Part shown: positions 51,326 to 60,846 of the stretch, piece by piece
Layout of the letters: every line of letters begins with the position of its first letter
Position numbering within the stretch: the first letter of the stretch is position 1
Assembly (NCBI GenBank): GCA_965224245.1
Contig: OZ245046.1
Span: 3,456,001 to 3,520,000, forward strand
Source: Candidatus Eiseniibacteriota bacterium
Lineage (GTDB): Bacteria > Eisenbacteria > RBG-16-71-46 > CAZAMP01
Length of the DNA: 64,000 bases
Direction: 5' to 3'
Made by a program: the position numbers and the translations under genes
The notes under the pieces: model-generated
The model's input: the letters and a program-made list of their open reading frames with translations, nothing else
What the model was told of the DNA's origin: nothing
Databases searched by the model: none

Positions 51326-53161
51326 TCAGTCGAGCACGTAGTCCTCGCGCCAGTCGTCCCGGTCGGCGAACTCGGGCTGCCGGGACTTCTCGAGCACGCA
51401 GTTCTCGAGCACGAGATGGTCCATCTCCGTGCGCATGAAGCAGCGATACGCGTCCTCGGGCGTGCAGACGATCGGCTCGCCGCGGACGTTGAACGACGTG
51501 TTTATGATGACCCCGCATCCGGTCAGGCGCTCGAACGCCCGGATGATCGCATGATAGTCCGGGTTCCGCTCGGCCGTCACCGACTGTACGCGCGCGGAGT
51601 AGTCGACGTGCGTGATCGCCGGGATGTCCGAACGGACCTCGTTGACCCACTGGCGGAGATCGCCCGTCTGGGGCCCGGTGCCGGGGTCGAGCCGCCGCTT
51701 CTCGCGCACGTCGGCCACCAGCAGCATGTACGGCGACTCCACGTCCAGGTCGAAGTACTCGTCGATCGTCTCGTACAGCACCGACGGCGCGAACGGCCGG
51801 AACGACTCCCGGTACTTGATCTTGAGGTTCATGATCGACTGCATCTTCGGCGACCGCGCGTCTCCGACGATCGAACGGTGGCCGAGCGCGCGAGGTCCGA
51901 ACTCCATGCGTCCCTGGCAGAGCCCGACCACGTTCTGGTCCGCGATCAGCTCGGCCACGTGCTCGGCGCGGGCCTCCGGTGATTCGAACACGCGGTACGG
52001 GTACCCGTTGGCGTCGAGGTAGGCCCGGATCTCGTCGGGATCGAAGCGCGGTCCGAGGTACGCGCCCTGCATCGCGTCGTGCACCCCGTCGGGGGACCGC
52101 GGCTTGCCCGCGATCTGGTGCCACGCGTAGAGGGCCGCACCGAGCGCGCCGCCCGCGTCCCCGGCCGCGGGCTGGATCCACAGCTCGTCGAAGATTCCGT
52201 CGCGGAGCAGCCGTCCGTTCGCGACGCAGTTCAGGGCGACGCCACCGGCCATGACCACGCGGCGCTCGCCGGTGACGAGCCGGGCGAAGCGCGCCATCCG
52301 GAGCACGATCTCCTCGGTGACCACCTGGATCGAGCGCGCCAGGTTGCGCTCGCGCTCGGTGATCTCGCTCTCCGGCGTTCGGGGTGGGCCGTCGAACAGC
52401 TCGGCGAACGCACCGTTCGTCATCGTGAGCCCGCCCATGTAGTCGAAGTAGCGCTGGTTCATCCGGAACGAGCCGTCCTCGCGGAGATCCACCAGATGCT
52501 CGAGGATGCGGTCGACGTACGTCGGCTCACCGTACGGCGCGAGGCCCATCAGCTTGTACTCGCCCGAGTTCACCCGGAACCCGGTGAAGTACGTGAACGC
52601 CGAGTACAGGAGTCCCAGCGAGTGCGGAAACCGCAGCTCACGCACGAGCTCCACGTGGTTCTCACGACCCACCCCGATCGTGCTCGTCGCCCACTCGCCG
52701 ACGGCATCCAGGGTCAGGATGGCCGCCGAGGGAAACGGTGACGGGAAGAACGCGCTGGCCGCGTGGCTCTCGTGGTGCTCGGTGAAGTACAGCTCGACCG
52801 GGCGCGGGTACCCCAGTCGGCCCAGCTCGCGCTCGATCTCGTAGGGGATCCAGAGCTTCTGTCGCATCCAGAGGCTGATCGCCTTGCGGAACGACGAGAA
52901 CCCCCGGGGCGCGACACGAAAGTACGTGGCCGCCAGCCGCATGAACTTCGTCAGCGGCTTGTCGTAGAACACGACCACGAGATCGTCCGACGGCGACGCG
53001 CCGGCCTCGCGGAGACAGTACGCCACCGCGTGGCGCGGAAAGCGGAAGTCGTGCTTCCTGCGCGTGAACCGCTCCTCCTGCGCCGCGGCGACGATCTCGC
53101 CGTCCCGAACGAGGCAGGCGGCCGAGTCGTGGTAGTAGGCGCTGATCCCGAGGATGATCAC
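51326..53161 (-). CDS. O-carbamoyltransferase (NodU/CmcH/SxtI family)
   Basis: ILGISAYYHDSAACL, QEERFTRRKH, EHHESHAASAF, GEYKLMGLAPYG, AGGVALNC, PAAGDAG, EFGPRALG.RS, FRPFAP, NTSFN. GTG overlaps the upstream stop. Confidence 0.95.
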   Translation of the reverse strand: MIILGISAYYHDSAACLVRDGEIVAAAQEERFTRRKHDFRFPRHAVAYCLREAGASPSDDLVVVFYDKPLTKFMRLAATYFRVAPRGFSSFRKAISLWMRQKLWIPYEIERELGRLGYPRPVELYFTEHHESHAASAFFPSPFPSAAILTLDAVGEWATSTIGVGRENHVELVRELRFPHSLGLLYSAFTYFTGFRVNSGEYKLMGLAPYGEPTYVDRILEHLVDLREDGSFRMNQRYFDYMGGLTMTNGAFAELFDGPPRTPESEITERERNLARSIQVVTEEIVLRMARFARLVTGERRVVMAGGVALNCVANGRLLRDGIFDELWIQPAAGDAGGALGAALYAWHQIAGKPRSPDGVHDAMQGAYLGPRFDPDEIRAYLDANGYPYRVFESPEARAEHVAELIADQNVVGLCQGRMEFGPRALGHRSIVGDARSPKMQSIMNLKIKYRESFRPFAPSVLYETIDEYFDLDVESPYMLLVADVREKRRLDPGTGPQTGDLRQWVNEVRSDIPAITHVDYSARVQSVTAERNPDYHAIIRAFERLTGCGVIINTSFNVRGEPIVCTPEDAYRCFMRTEMDHLVLENCVLEKSRQPEFADRDDWREDYVLD

Positions 53162-54744
53162 GGTCGCGTCCCCGATCCGGTCCCGCGTGCCTGAAGGAGC
53201 GGGCGCACGCGCTCGTAGATCGCCGTGGCCACCGCGCGGGCCCCGTCCTCGTCGGTGTGACACCAGTCGATCATCGTGGGACCGTCGAGCTCGTCGAGGG
53301 CGCCGGTGATCACGTGCGTGCCCCCGCGCAGTCGCGCCGTCGCGGCCGCGTAGACCGTGCCCAGGCCGGGGCCGAAGCCGTCGCGAATGTGCGGCTCGTC
53401 CTCCACGAGGCGGACCTTGGTGTAGACACAGGGCTGCCAGAACGCCGCGACGTCGAAGCCGTAGCGCGCCCCGATCGACCCGGCGTGCGCGATCGCCGCC
53501 TCGTAGATGTCGACCGCGTGGCCGGCGAGCGTGTCGGCCGGCGCGGGAAGATCCGCCTCGCCGTAGTACCAGGTCCGGGGGGTCGCCGGCCTGAACGCGT
53601 TCGCCAGCACGTGGAGCCCGCTGAACCGCTTCAGGACCGGAAGGAAGCCGCGATCCTCGAAGCTGGCCTCGAGCTGGCGGTAGTTCTGCGGCGCGGGCTC
53701 GGGACTCGGGCGCTGGAGCTGGGCGAAGACGTCGTTGACGCCGTCGTAGAAGATCGCCAGATCGGGAACGTCGCCGGCCGCGCAGCGCTCGGCCAGGAGC
53801 ATCGCCTCCTGCCAGCTCACGTAGGCGGACTCGCCGTAGTTCACCGCCCGCACCGGCAACGCGTCGGCGGCGGCCAGCTCCGCGAACGCGGACGGGATCG
53901 TGTGGGCGTCCCGGTTTCCCTCGCCCCACATCGTCGACCCGCCGAAGAAGAAGACGGTCGCGACGGCGGCATCGCGCGAGGTCGGCGTCGCTCGCAGACC
54001 GCCGGCCACGCGAATGTACTCGCCCGAGAAGTCCTTGCGGCGCCATCCCGCGAACCCGGCGTAGCGCTGAGCCCGGCTCTGCTCGAGCTCGCGGAAGTAG
54101 TCGGCGGTCCAGCTCGCGTCGTCGTAGGCGGCCGCGTCGGCCCGCGCGTCCCCCCGCCGCCATCCATCGGCGCCGATCGCTCGCAGTGCGACCCCGGCCG
54201 CGAGATTGATCCCGACGACGGCGATGGCGAACGTGACCGCCGCCCGCCAGACGCTGGCACCCCGCGCGTCCACGTCCTCGGACTCGCGCCCGAACTGCCA
54301 GCGCGGCATCGAACGCTCGGCCGACGGATGCAGGCGAACCCAGTAGCTGCTCCGGGACGGCGAGGGCTCCGAGCGGGTCGGATCGCGACCGATCAGTCGG
54401 AGGATCACCGACACCAGCGTGAAGAGCGTGTAGAACACGGCCCCGAGGAGCACGACGCTGAGGATCCCGGACACGACGTGGCCCAGCCACGCGCCGGCGC
54501 GAGCGATCGCCCGCTCCGCCGCGCGCGAGACACGAGCCGAGATCGCCAGGGCGCCCCCCACGACCAGCACGACGATCGCCATGGGATGGTGCCCGAGGAA
54601 CCACAGGAGCGCGGCGACCGCGACCGGCACGAGGATCGACAGCCACGGCGAGACCCGGGGCGCCGGGTCCTCGACGGGAACGGACGGAACGCTACGCCAC
54701 ACCCACGAACCTCCAGGGGAACTCGTCCAAACGGCGTGGATCAT
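53158..54744 (-). CDS. SxtJ-like membrane domain fused to an SGNH-hydrolase-like domain
   Basis: N-terminal LG..VS.ILS..LL..VFY.....V...LRLIGRDP...SSYW (SxtJ-like); C-terminal FGGSTMWG, NYGESAY, YDGVND, WQP, DWCH. Start uncertain. Confidence 0.75.
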   Translation of the reverse strand: MIHAVWTSSPGGSWVWRSVPSVPVEDPAPRVSPWLSILVPVAVAALLWFLGHHPMAIVVLVVGGALAISARVSRAAERAIARAGAWLGHVVSGILSVVLLGAVFYTLFTLVSVILRLIGRDPTRSEPSPSRSSYWVRLHPSAERSMPRWQFGRESEDVDARGASVWRAAVTFAIAVVGINLAAGVALRAIGADGWRRGDARADAAAYDDASWTADYFRELEQSRAQRYAGFAGWRRKDFSGEYIRVAGGLRATPTSRDAAVATVFFFGGSTMWGEGNRDAHTIPSAFAELAAADALPVRAVNYGESAYVSWQEAMLLAERCAAGDVPDLAIFYDGVNDVFAQLQRPSPEPAPQNYRQLEASFEDRGFLPVLKRFSGLHVLANAFRPATPRTWYYGEADLPAPADTLAGHAVDIYEAAIAHAGSIGARYGFDVAAFWQPCVYTKVRLVEDEPHIRDGFGPGLGTVYAAATARLRGGTHVITGALDELDGPTMIDWCHTDEDGARAVATAIYERVRPLLQARGTGSGTRP

Positions 54745-54855
54745 AGCGCGCCCTGCATGTCCGGGGAAGCCACCGGCCGGGAGCCGCCGGCGTGGCGCGC
54801 GAGGAGCGCAGCCGGGCCGACACCGAGGGCCCGGGCGGGACCGGAGCGGTCGACG

Positions 54856-56187
54856 TCAGCGAAACCGGATCCCGCAGCGGACGTTCATCAGGAAGAACGA
54901 CACGTCGTCGGCGTCGGTGTCGTGCGCCTCGACCGTGTACTGCGCGAACGCGTCCACGACGAGGACCGACCAGGCTCCGCCGAACAGGAGCGTCAGCTCG
55001 TCGAAGAGGAAGTCCGACGACTCCAGCGTGAGCGCGTCGGTGGTCGCGAAGTCCAGGGTGGAGCCCGACCCGAGGTAGTTCCGGTAGCCGACGGCGTTCT
55101 CCAGGTCGACCCACAGATCCAGATCCCCCGCCCCGAGATAGCCCACCCGCGCGATCAGCCGCGACTCGTCGTAGTCCCCTTCCCCGCTCAGGTCGGGGAT
55201 GGTCGTGGTGTCGCCATCGGTGGGATCGTCCGGCGACCGGACCCACTCCCCGCCGATCCCCAGCTCCGCCGATGCACCGCTCAGGGTGGACCACGCCCCG
55301 AAGAGCCGGCAACGCGCCAGTCGGTAGCTCGAGTAGGCCTCGTTCGGATCGTCGTAGTGCACGAGCTGACCGTCGACCTCGACGCGAGCGCTCCAGGTCC
55401 ACGAGAGCTCGCGCGTGAACGCGCTCCGCAGGTCGAGGTCGGTGTTGCTGGGAGACACGACACCCGCCTGGTAGTCGTACCGGGTCACCGACAGCGTCGC
55501 GTCGTAGCGCCAGGGCGTGGCCAGGAGCGTGTAGCCGCCGACCTCCCCGAACCAGCGCGTGCGGTCGCCGAAGTACCCGCTGTAGTCGTTTCGATGAGAG
55601 ACGTCGGCGACGGCCCGCACGGTCGTGTCGCCCCACGGCGCGGTGAGCCTGGCGCGGATGCCGGCGCGGTCGTGATCGTACAGGCTGTCGCCCGAGACGC
55701 GTGAGAACGTGTGCCGCGCGGTCAGTCGGAGCCTCGCGCGCGGCGCGAGGGCGCGCTCGGTCCAGACGTCGACGTCGTGGACGAGATCGCGGCTCCGGTC
55801 GTCGCCGGTGAGCCCGTGGTTCAGACGCAGATCCGAGCCCGCGCCGACCGACCAGCCGTCGGCGGGTCGTACTCGATACGCACCGGCGAAGGTCAGCGAC
55901 GAGCGCTCGGCGTCCTGCTCGTACTCGGCGTCGAGCCGCCGCTCGTAGTCCGTCGCCGAGCGCCAGCTCACGTCGACGAAGCCGCCGGCGAGCGTCTCGT
56001 CCGAGCGGATGCTCTCCAGCACGACGTCGGGCACCTCGTCGTCGAGCGAGGGACTGTCCTCGAGATCGAAGAAGAGATCACCCTGTCCGTACGACTCGCT
56101 GAACACGTCGAGCTGGAATCCGAGCTCGAGGCGGAAGGGGTCGAGCCCCTGGGCGGGCGCCGCGCCCGCGAGGGCGATCCCGAGCAA
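54856..56187 (-). CDS. Putative outer-membrane beta-barrel protein
   Basis: Signal-like N-terminus (AAPAQG), alternating amphipathic strands rich in Tyr/Trp/Asp, C-terminal VRCGIRF(R). Start uncertain. Confidence 0.6.
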   Translation of the reverse strand: MLGIALAGAAPAQGLDPFRLELGFQLDVFSESYGQGDLFFDLEDSPSLDDEVPDVVLESIRSDETLAGGFVDVSWRSATDYERRLDAEYEQDAERSSLTFAGAYRVRPADGWSVGAGSDLRLNHGLTGDDRSRDLVHDVDVWTERALAPRARLRLTARHTFSRVSGDSLYDHDRAGIRARLTAPWGDTTVRAVADVSHRNDYSGYFGDRTRWFGEVGGYTLLATPWRYDATLSVTRYDYQAGVVSPSNTDLDLRSAFTRELSWTWSARVEVDGQLVHYDDPNEAYSSYRLARCRLFGAWSTLSGASAELGIGGEWVRSPDDPTDGDTTTIPDLSGEGDYDESRLIARVGYLGAGDLDLWVDLENAVGYRNYLGSGSTLDFATTDALTLESSDFLFDELTLLFGGAWSVLVVDAFAQYTVEAHDTDADDVSFFLMNVRCGIRFR

Positions 56188-56224
56188 CCCGACGACGCCG
56201 AGGCCGGCGACGCCGCGCCGGAGG

Positions 56225-57259
56225 CTAGTCGCGAACGGACTCGACCTGCCCCAGGAGCGACGACGCCAGCTGCGCCTCGGCCAGCGCTTGCTTCGGGTTT
56301 CCGTCCTGGAGTGCGCGCCGTCCGCGTTCGACGTGCGACGCAGCGCGCTCCAGAAGCATCTCGACGTTACGATCGGAGCTCTCCCGCAGCTGGGCCTGGA
56401 GCAGGGTCAATCGGTCGGTCACGCGGACGATCACGGCTCGAACCTCGTCCGCGTCCGGCTCTCCGGCCTCCTGACGCAGGATGTCCAGCGCGCGCTGCCG
56501 GGCGCGAAGCGTCAGCTTGCGGGCGGGCTCCAGCTGGCGATCGCGCAGCCGCGCGCGCGCATCGTCCTGCAGGCGACGCGCCTCGTCGAACATCGGGTCC
56601 AGGGCGGGAGCATCATTCACGGCCAGTCGGGCCTCGCGCAAGAACTCTTCAGTGCGGTCGATCTCGGTCTCGATGCGCGCCGCGTCCACACGACCATCAC
56701 CCTGCGCCGCATGCAGGGAGCGCAGCAAGAGGTCGCGTCCGAAGAGCGCGAAACGAACGGCCTGGCGATACAGCCCATCGTCGAACGCGCGCCGGCCGCG
56801 CGAGAGCTGCTGGAGGCCCGCCTCCATCAGTCGCTCGGCCTCGGGATTGGGGGCCGACGTGAGCGCGTCGCGAATCCGGGCCACGAGATCCTCGTTGGCG
56901 GCCAGGGTGACCCGGACCTCGTCGAGCAGCCGGAGCTGAGATCGGGTGATGTCGACGGCACGGATGGCGCTGCGACGCGCCTCCTTCGTGAGCGAGAACG
57001 CGCGGACGCGGCTGTCGTTGCGGAACGCCGACCAGGCTTCGTCCTGCATCTCGGCCGCCAGCGAGAGCACGTTGGACGGGCGCGGACCGAGCGCATGCGT
57101 GACGACGTCGCGAGCCTCCATCAGGATCTCGTCGGTTCGCCGCAGCTCGGCGAGCAGCCGGTCGGCGTTGGGCTGAGCCGTCGCCGGGACGGTGACCAGC
57201 GCCGTCAGCGTGGCGGCGGCGACCAGCGCGAGCATGAGGTGTCGAATGGCGTTCGTCAT
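56225..57259 (-). CDS. Exported all-alpha protein with four helical-bundle repeats
   Basis: Signal peptide MTNAIRHLMLALVAAATLTALVTVPATA; internal repeats; AGGAG RBS. Confidence 0.75.
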   Translation of the reverse strand: MTNAIRHLMLALVAAATLTALVTVPATAQPNADRLLAELRRTDEILMEARDVVTHALGPRPSNVLSLAAEMQDEAWSAFRNDSRVRAFSLTKEARRSAIRAVDITRSQLRLLDEVRVTLAANEDLVARIRDALTSAPNPEAERLMEAGLQQLSRGRRAFDDGLYRQAVRFALFGRDLLLRSLHAAQGDGRVDAARIETEIDRTEEFLREARLAVNDAPALDPMFDEARRLQDDARARLRDRQLEPARKLTLRARQRALDILRQEAGEPDADEVRAVIVRVTDRLTLLQAQLRESSDRNVEMLLERAASHVERGRRALQDGNPKQALAEAQLASSLLGQVESVRD

Positions 57260-57306
57260 CGTCGATCACTCCTGGGTGCTCCGACGGGAGCAGTGCCCCA
57301 GAGTTT

Positions 57307-57323
57307 AGCAGTCATCGTGCCAA
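57307..57323 (-). promoter_or_regulatory. Sigma54 (-24/-12) promoter TTGGCACGATGACTGCT
   Basis: GG-N10-GC spacing with TGGCACG; 47 bp upstream of ATG 57259 and directly downstream of an NtrC-type gene. Confidence 0.8.
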
Positions 57324-57483
57324 CGGCCGGGCGCCGCATCGGCCGCCGAAACCCATTCTACCACAACACGATACCGACAGCCGGGGGACCGCCGGGTCTC
57401 CGTGGCCGGGCGCGGGAGGTGCCCGAGGGGGGACACCGACGCCGCGCGCTGCTCGCCCCGGTACACGGGCCCGTCTCGACCGC

Positions 57484-58896
57484 CTATGCGGGCTCGCCCG
57501 GCCCGGGCATGAGGCCGTGCTTCTCCATCCGCGAGTAGAGCGTGCGGCGGGTCAGCCCCAGGAGCCGCGCGGCCTGGCTCTTGTTGCCGCCCGCGCGCTC
57601 GAGCGCCGCCAGGATCAGGTCGCGCTCGACGGCCTCCAGCGAGAGCCCGTCCTCGGGAATCCGGACGACCGCACCCCTGGGGCCGCCCCCACCGGCGGGC
57701 CCCCTGGAATCGGCACCGGCGGAGTCGGCCAGCGACGGCAGCTCCGCTGGCGTGATCGGCCCCGCACCGGCCAGGATCAACGCGCGCTCGAGGACGTTCT
57801 CGAGCTCGCGGACGTTCCCGGGAAAGGGATGTGCCATCAGCGCCCGCATCGCGTCGGAGGTGACGGCCGTCTCGTCGCGTCCCCGGGACGCGAGGTAGTG
57901 CCGCACCAGAAGGGTCAGGTCGTTGTCCCGCGCCCGCAGGGGCGGCATCTCGATCGGGAACACGTTCAGGCGGTAGAAGAGGTCCTCGCGGAACTCGCCG
58001 GCGCTGATCATCGCCTCGAGCTCCCGATGCGTGGCGGCGATGATGCGAACGTCGGTGGTGAGCGTCTCGGTTCCCCCCACGCGCACGAAGCTCTTCTCCT
58101 CGAGCACCTGGAGGAGCTTCACCTGCGTCGCCGCGGTGAGCTCGCCGATCTCGTCCAGGAAGACCGTCCCCCCGTCGGCGACCTCGAACCGCCCCGGCTT
58201 GTCCCGGATCGCGCCGGTGAACGCACCCTTCTCGTGGCCGAACAGCTCGCTCTCGAGCAGCGTCTCGGGCAGCGCCCCGCAGTTGATCTTCACGAACGAC
58301 CGGGCGCTCCGCTTGCTCGCGGCGTGGATCGCTCGCGCGATCCGCCCCTTGCCGGTGCCGCTCTCTCCCCGGACGAGAACCGTCGCGTCGGAGTCGGCGA
58401 CCTTCCGGGCGAGCGTGAACACGTCGGACATCGCCGCGGACTCGCCGATGATGCCGTCGAACGCGGCGCCGGCGTCCCCGAGTCTCGTGACCAGGCGCTC
58501 GTTCTCGGCGCGCAGCGCGTCGCGATCGGCACGGACCGATCGGAGCTCGGCCACGCGCGTCGCCAGTGCCGACACCTCGTCCAGCTCGAACGGCTTGGTG
58601 AGATAGTCGTAGGCGCCGGCGCGCATGGCATCGACCGCGTTGGACACCGTACCGTGCGCGGTCATGATCACGACCTCGGGCGCGCCCTCGAGCTCCCGGC
58701 ACGCGTGGAGGACGGCCATCCCATCGGGTGGCGGCATCCGCAGGTCGGTGATCACCAGATCGTAGGCGTGCGCCGCCAGGTGTTCGAGCGCGGCGCGTCC
58801 GCTGTCGGCGGTGTCCACGGCGTGACCGTCGTCGGCGAGCGTGTCGGCGACCAGCCTCGCCATCCGGGTCTCGTCGTCACACACGAGTATGCGCAT
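57484..58896 (-). CDS. Sigma54-dependent response regulator (NtrC/AtoC/ZraR family)
   Basis: REC (CDDE, TDLRMP, MTAHG, KPF), GESGTGK, ESELFGHEKGAFTGA, FLDEIG, FREDLFYRL, PGNVREL, Fis HTH. Confidence 0.96.
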   Translation of the reverse strand: MRILVCDDETRMARLVADTLADDGHAVDTADSGRAALEHLAAHAYDLVITDLRMPPPDGMAVLHACRELEGAPEVVIMTAHGTVSNAVDAMRAGAYDYLTKPFELDEVSALATRVAELRSVRADRDALRAENERLVTRLGDAGAAFDGIIGESAAMSDVFTLARKVADSDATVLVRGESGTGKGRIARAIHAASKRSARSFVKINCGALPETLLESELFGHEKGAFTGAIRDKPGRFEVADGGTVFLDEIGELTAATQVKLLQVLEEKSFVRVGGTETLTTDVRIIAATHRELEAMISAGEFREDLFYRLNVFPIEMPPLRARDNDLTLLVRHYLASRGRDETAVTSDAMRALMAHPFPGNVRELENVLERALILAGAGPITPAELPSLADSAGADSRGPAGGGGPRGAVVRIPEDGLSLEAVERDLILAALERAGGNKSQAARLLGLTRRTLYSRMEKHGLMPGPGEPA

Positions 58897-60263
58897 CACG
58901 TCTTCCCATCGAAGGGGACCCGCGGCAGGCGGACCCGGAACTCGGTTCCCGATCCGACCGCGCTGGTCACGTCGATCCGTCCACCGGCGTCGGACACGAC
59001 GCGCTGGGAGATGGCCAGCCCGAGCCCGCTGCCCGTCTCGCGTCCGGAGTGGAACGGCCGGAAGATCGCGTCGAGGTCATCGGCCGCGATCCCGACCCCG
59101 GTGTCCGTCACGCAGACGACCGCCTCGTCCCCGTCCAGCTCGGCGGACACGCGCAACGTACCGCCTTCGGGCATCGCCTGTCTCGCGTTCAGCACGAGAT
59201 TCAGGATCACCTGCTGGAGGGCGCCGGCGTCCAGCGCGACCCCCAGGCCGGTCGGGACGTCGACGGTCACGTCCACGCCCGCGTGGTCGAGGTCGGCGCG
59301 GACGAGTCCGAGCACGACGCCGGCCACCTCACCGACGTCGGCCACCGCGCCGGCATCCCCGGCGCCACCGCGTCGCGCGAATGCCAGGTACGCGTCGACG
59401 ATCGTGGTCAGCCGATCCACCTCGGCCGGGATGTAGTCGAAGAGCTCCTCGCCGGTACCGTGACGCTTGCGCAGCCGCTCGGCCGTGGCGCGGATGATCC
59501 CGAGCGGATTCTTGATCTCGTGCGCGACCGACGCCGCCATCTCACCCATCATCGACAGGGTCTCGGTGCGCTGAAGCGTCTCGTCCAGCTGCCACTGCAT
59601 CCGGACGGTGCGAAAAAGCGTCACGCCCAGAAGCACGATCGCGATCGCGCTGGCGCCTCCGGCCAGCAGCGCCGCGTGGCGCACGCGATCGAGCGCGCCG
59701 AAGTAGCCGGCGCCCGCCTCCACCGCCACCACGGCGATCACGTCCTCGCCGTCGCGGAGCGGCGCGTAGCCGTTCTTGTAGTACGCGCCGTGCGACGCGT
59801 AGAGGTCGCTGGTGGCGTCGAGGCCGCTGCGGGCCGCGGTAAACGCGGCCCGGTGGAGGCTCGCGACGGGATGCGGCTCACCCGCGGGCACGCCGCCGTT
59901 CAGGTCCACGAGTGATCGCCCGCCGACGTCCAGCAGGCTGACGTTCGCCAGATCCAGATCCGAGGCGAGCTCTTCGAAGTGCAGGCGCACCGAGAGCGCG
60001 CCGAGCGATCCCTCCGGATCGCGCCGGATGTCCTCGACGTCGCTCACGTCGATCGGACGCGTGGCCGCGATGGAGATCGCGGCCAGCCGCGCCCCCAGCT
60101 CGGAGTCGAGGGCGCCCCGGGTCGCGCGATAGAACCGCCAGCCCGCCACGTTCACCACGGCCAGGATCGACGCGAACACGAAGAAGAAGACGAGGATGCG
60201 CCTGGCCCGCCGGTCGCTCCGGCGCCGGACCCGGCGAGAGAACGTCGACTCGACGCGTCCCAT
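58896..60263 (-). CDS. Membrane sensor histidine kinase
   Basis: Two TMs flanking a periplasmic domain; H-box AHEIKNPL, N-box NLVLNA, DTGVGI, FRPF, GSGLGL. Confidence 0.95.
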   Translation of the reverse strand: MGRVESTFSRRVRRRSDRRARRILVFFFVFASILAVVNVAGWRFYRATRGALDSELGARLAAISIAATRPIDVSDVEDIRRDPEGSLGALSVRLHFEELASDLDLANVSLLDVGGRSLVDLNGGVPAGEPHPVASLHRAAFTAARSGLDATSDLYASHGAYYKNGYAPLRDGEDVIAVVAVEAGAGYFGALDRVRHAALLAGGASAIAIVLLGVTLFRTVRMQWQLDETLQRTETLSMMGEMAASVAHEIKNPLGIIRATAERLRKRHGTGEELFDYIPAEVDRLTTIVDAYLAFARRGGAGDAGAVADVGEVAGVVLGLVRADLDHAGVDVTVDVPTGLGVALDAGALQQVILNLVLNARQAMPEGGTLRVSAELDGDEAVVCVTDTGVGIAADDLDAIFRPFHSGRETGSGLGLAISQRVVSDAGGRIDVTSAVGSGTEFRVRLPRVPFDGKT

Positions 60264-60366
60264 CAGCGCTCGCTTCGTTGGATCCGGCGGCCGGGGCCCG
60301 CCGAACGTCCCCGGCCCCCTGCGCTCCGGCGGGCTCGCCGGTGGCGCGCGGCGGGCCGGGCCGTGA

Positions 60367-60846
60367 TCACCCGCGCGAGGCCAGGTTGGCGTCGCGGCGC
60401 GCCTTGGCCTCGGCGGCGCGGCGGCGGTCCTCGTCGGTCTCCAGCTCGAGCGGCGGGACCGGGACGGGCCGGCGCTGCTCGTCGAGCGCCACGAACGTGA
60501 GATACGCGCTGGACGTGTGCGTCTGATCCCCCGTCATCGGGTTCTCCGACCAGACCTTTACGCCCACCTCCATCGACGTGCGCCCGACGTAGTTCACCTG
60601 CGCCCTCAGGATCACGGCGTACCCCTGCGGGATCGGACTGCGGAACGTGATCTGGTCGACGTGCACGGTGTTGACCGGACGGCGGCAGTGGCGCATGGCC
60701 GACATGGCCGCCGCCAGGTCGATGAGGTGCATCACGCGCCCACCGAGGATGTTGCCCTGGTGGTTGGTGTCGTTCGGCAGCACGAGCTCGGTCATCTCCA
60801 CGCGGGAGGCGGAGACCGGCTTGGGCGCCGGCGTGGACGGGGTCAC
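60367..60846 (-). CDS. Acyl-CoA thioesterase (hotdog fold, YciA-like)
   Basis: VLPNDTN..G..LGG..M..ID, VNT...D...F..PI, VGRTSMEV, YLTFVALD. GTG overlaps the etfA stop. Confidence 0.92.
   Translation of the reverse strand: MTPSTPAPKPVSASRVEMTELVLPNDTNHQGNILGGRVMHLIDLAAAMSAMRHCRRPVNTVHVDQITFRSPIPQGYAVILRAQVNYVGRTSMEVGVKVWSENPMTGDQTHTSSAYLTFVALDEQRRPVPVPPLELETDEDRRRAAEAKARRDANLASRG

Noticed and set aside
51115-54744. Saxitoxin biosynthesis
   Set aside because: Only sxtI/J/K-like genes are present, with no sxtA/sxtG or other core genes; the context is surface-glycan modification.
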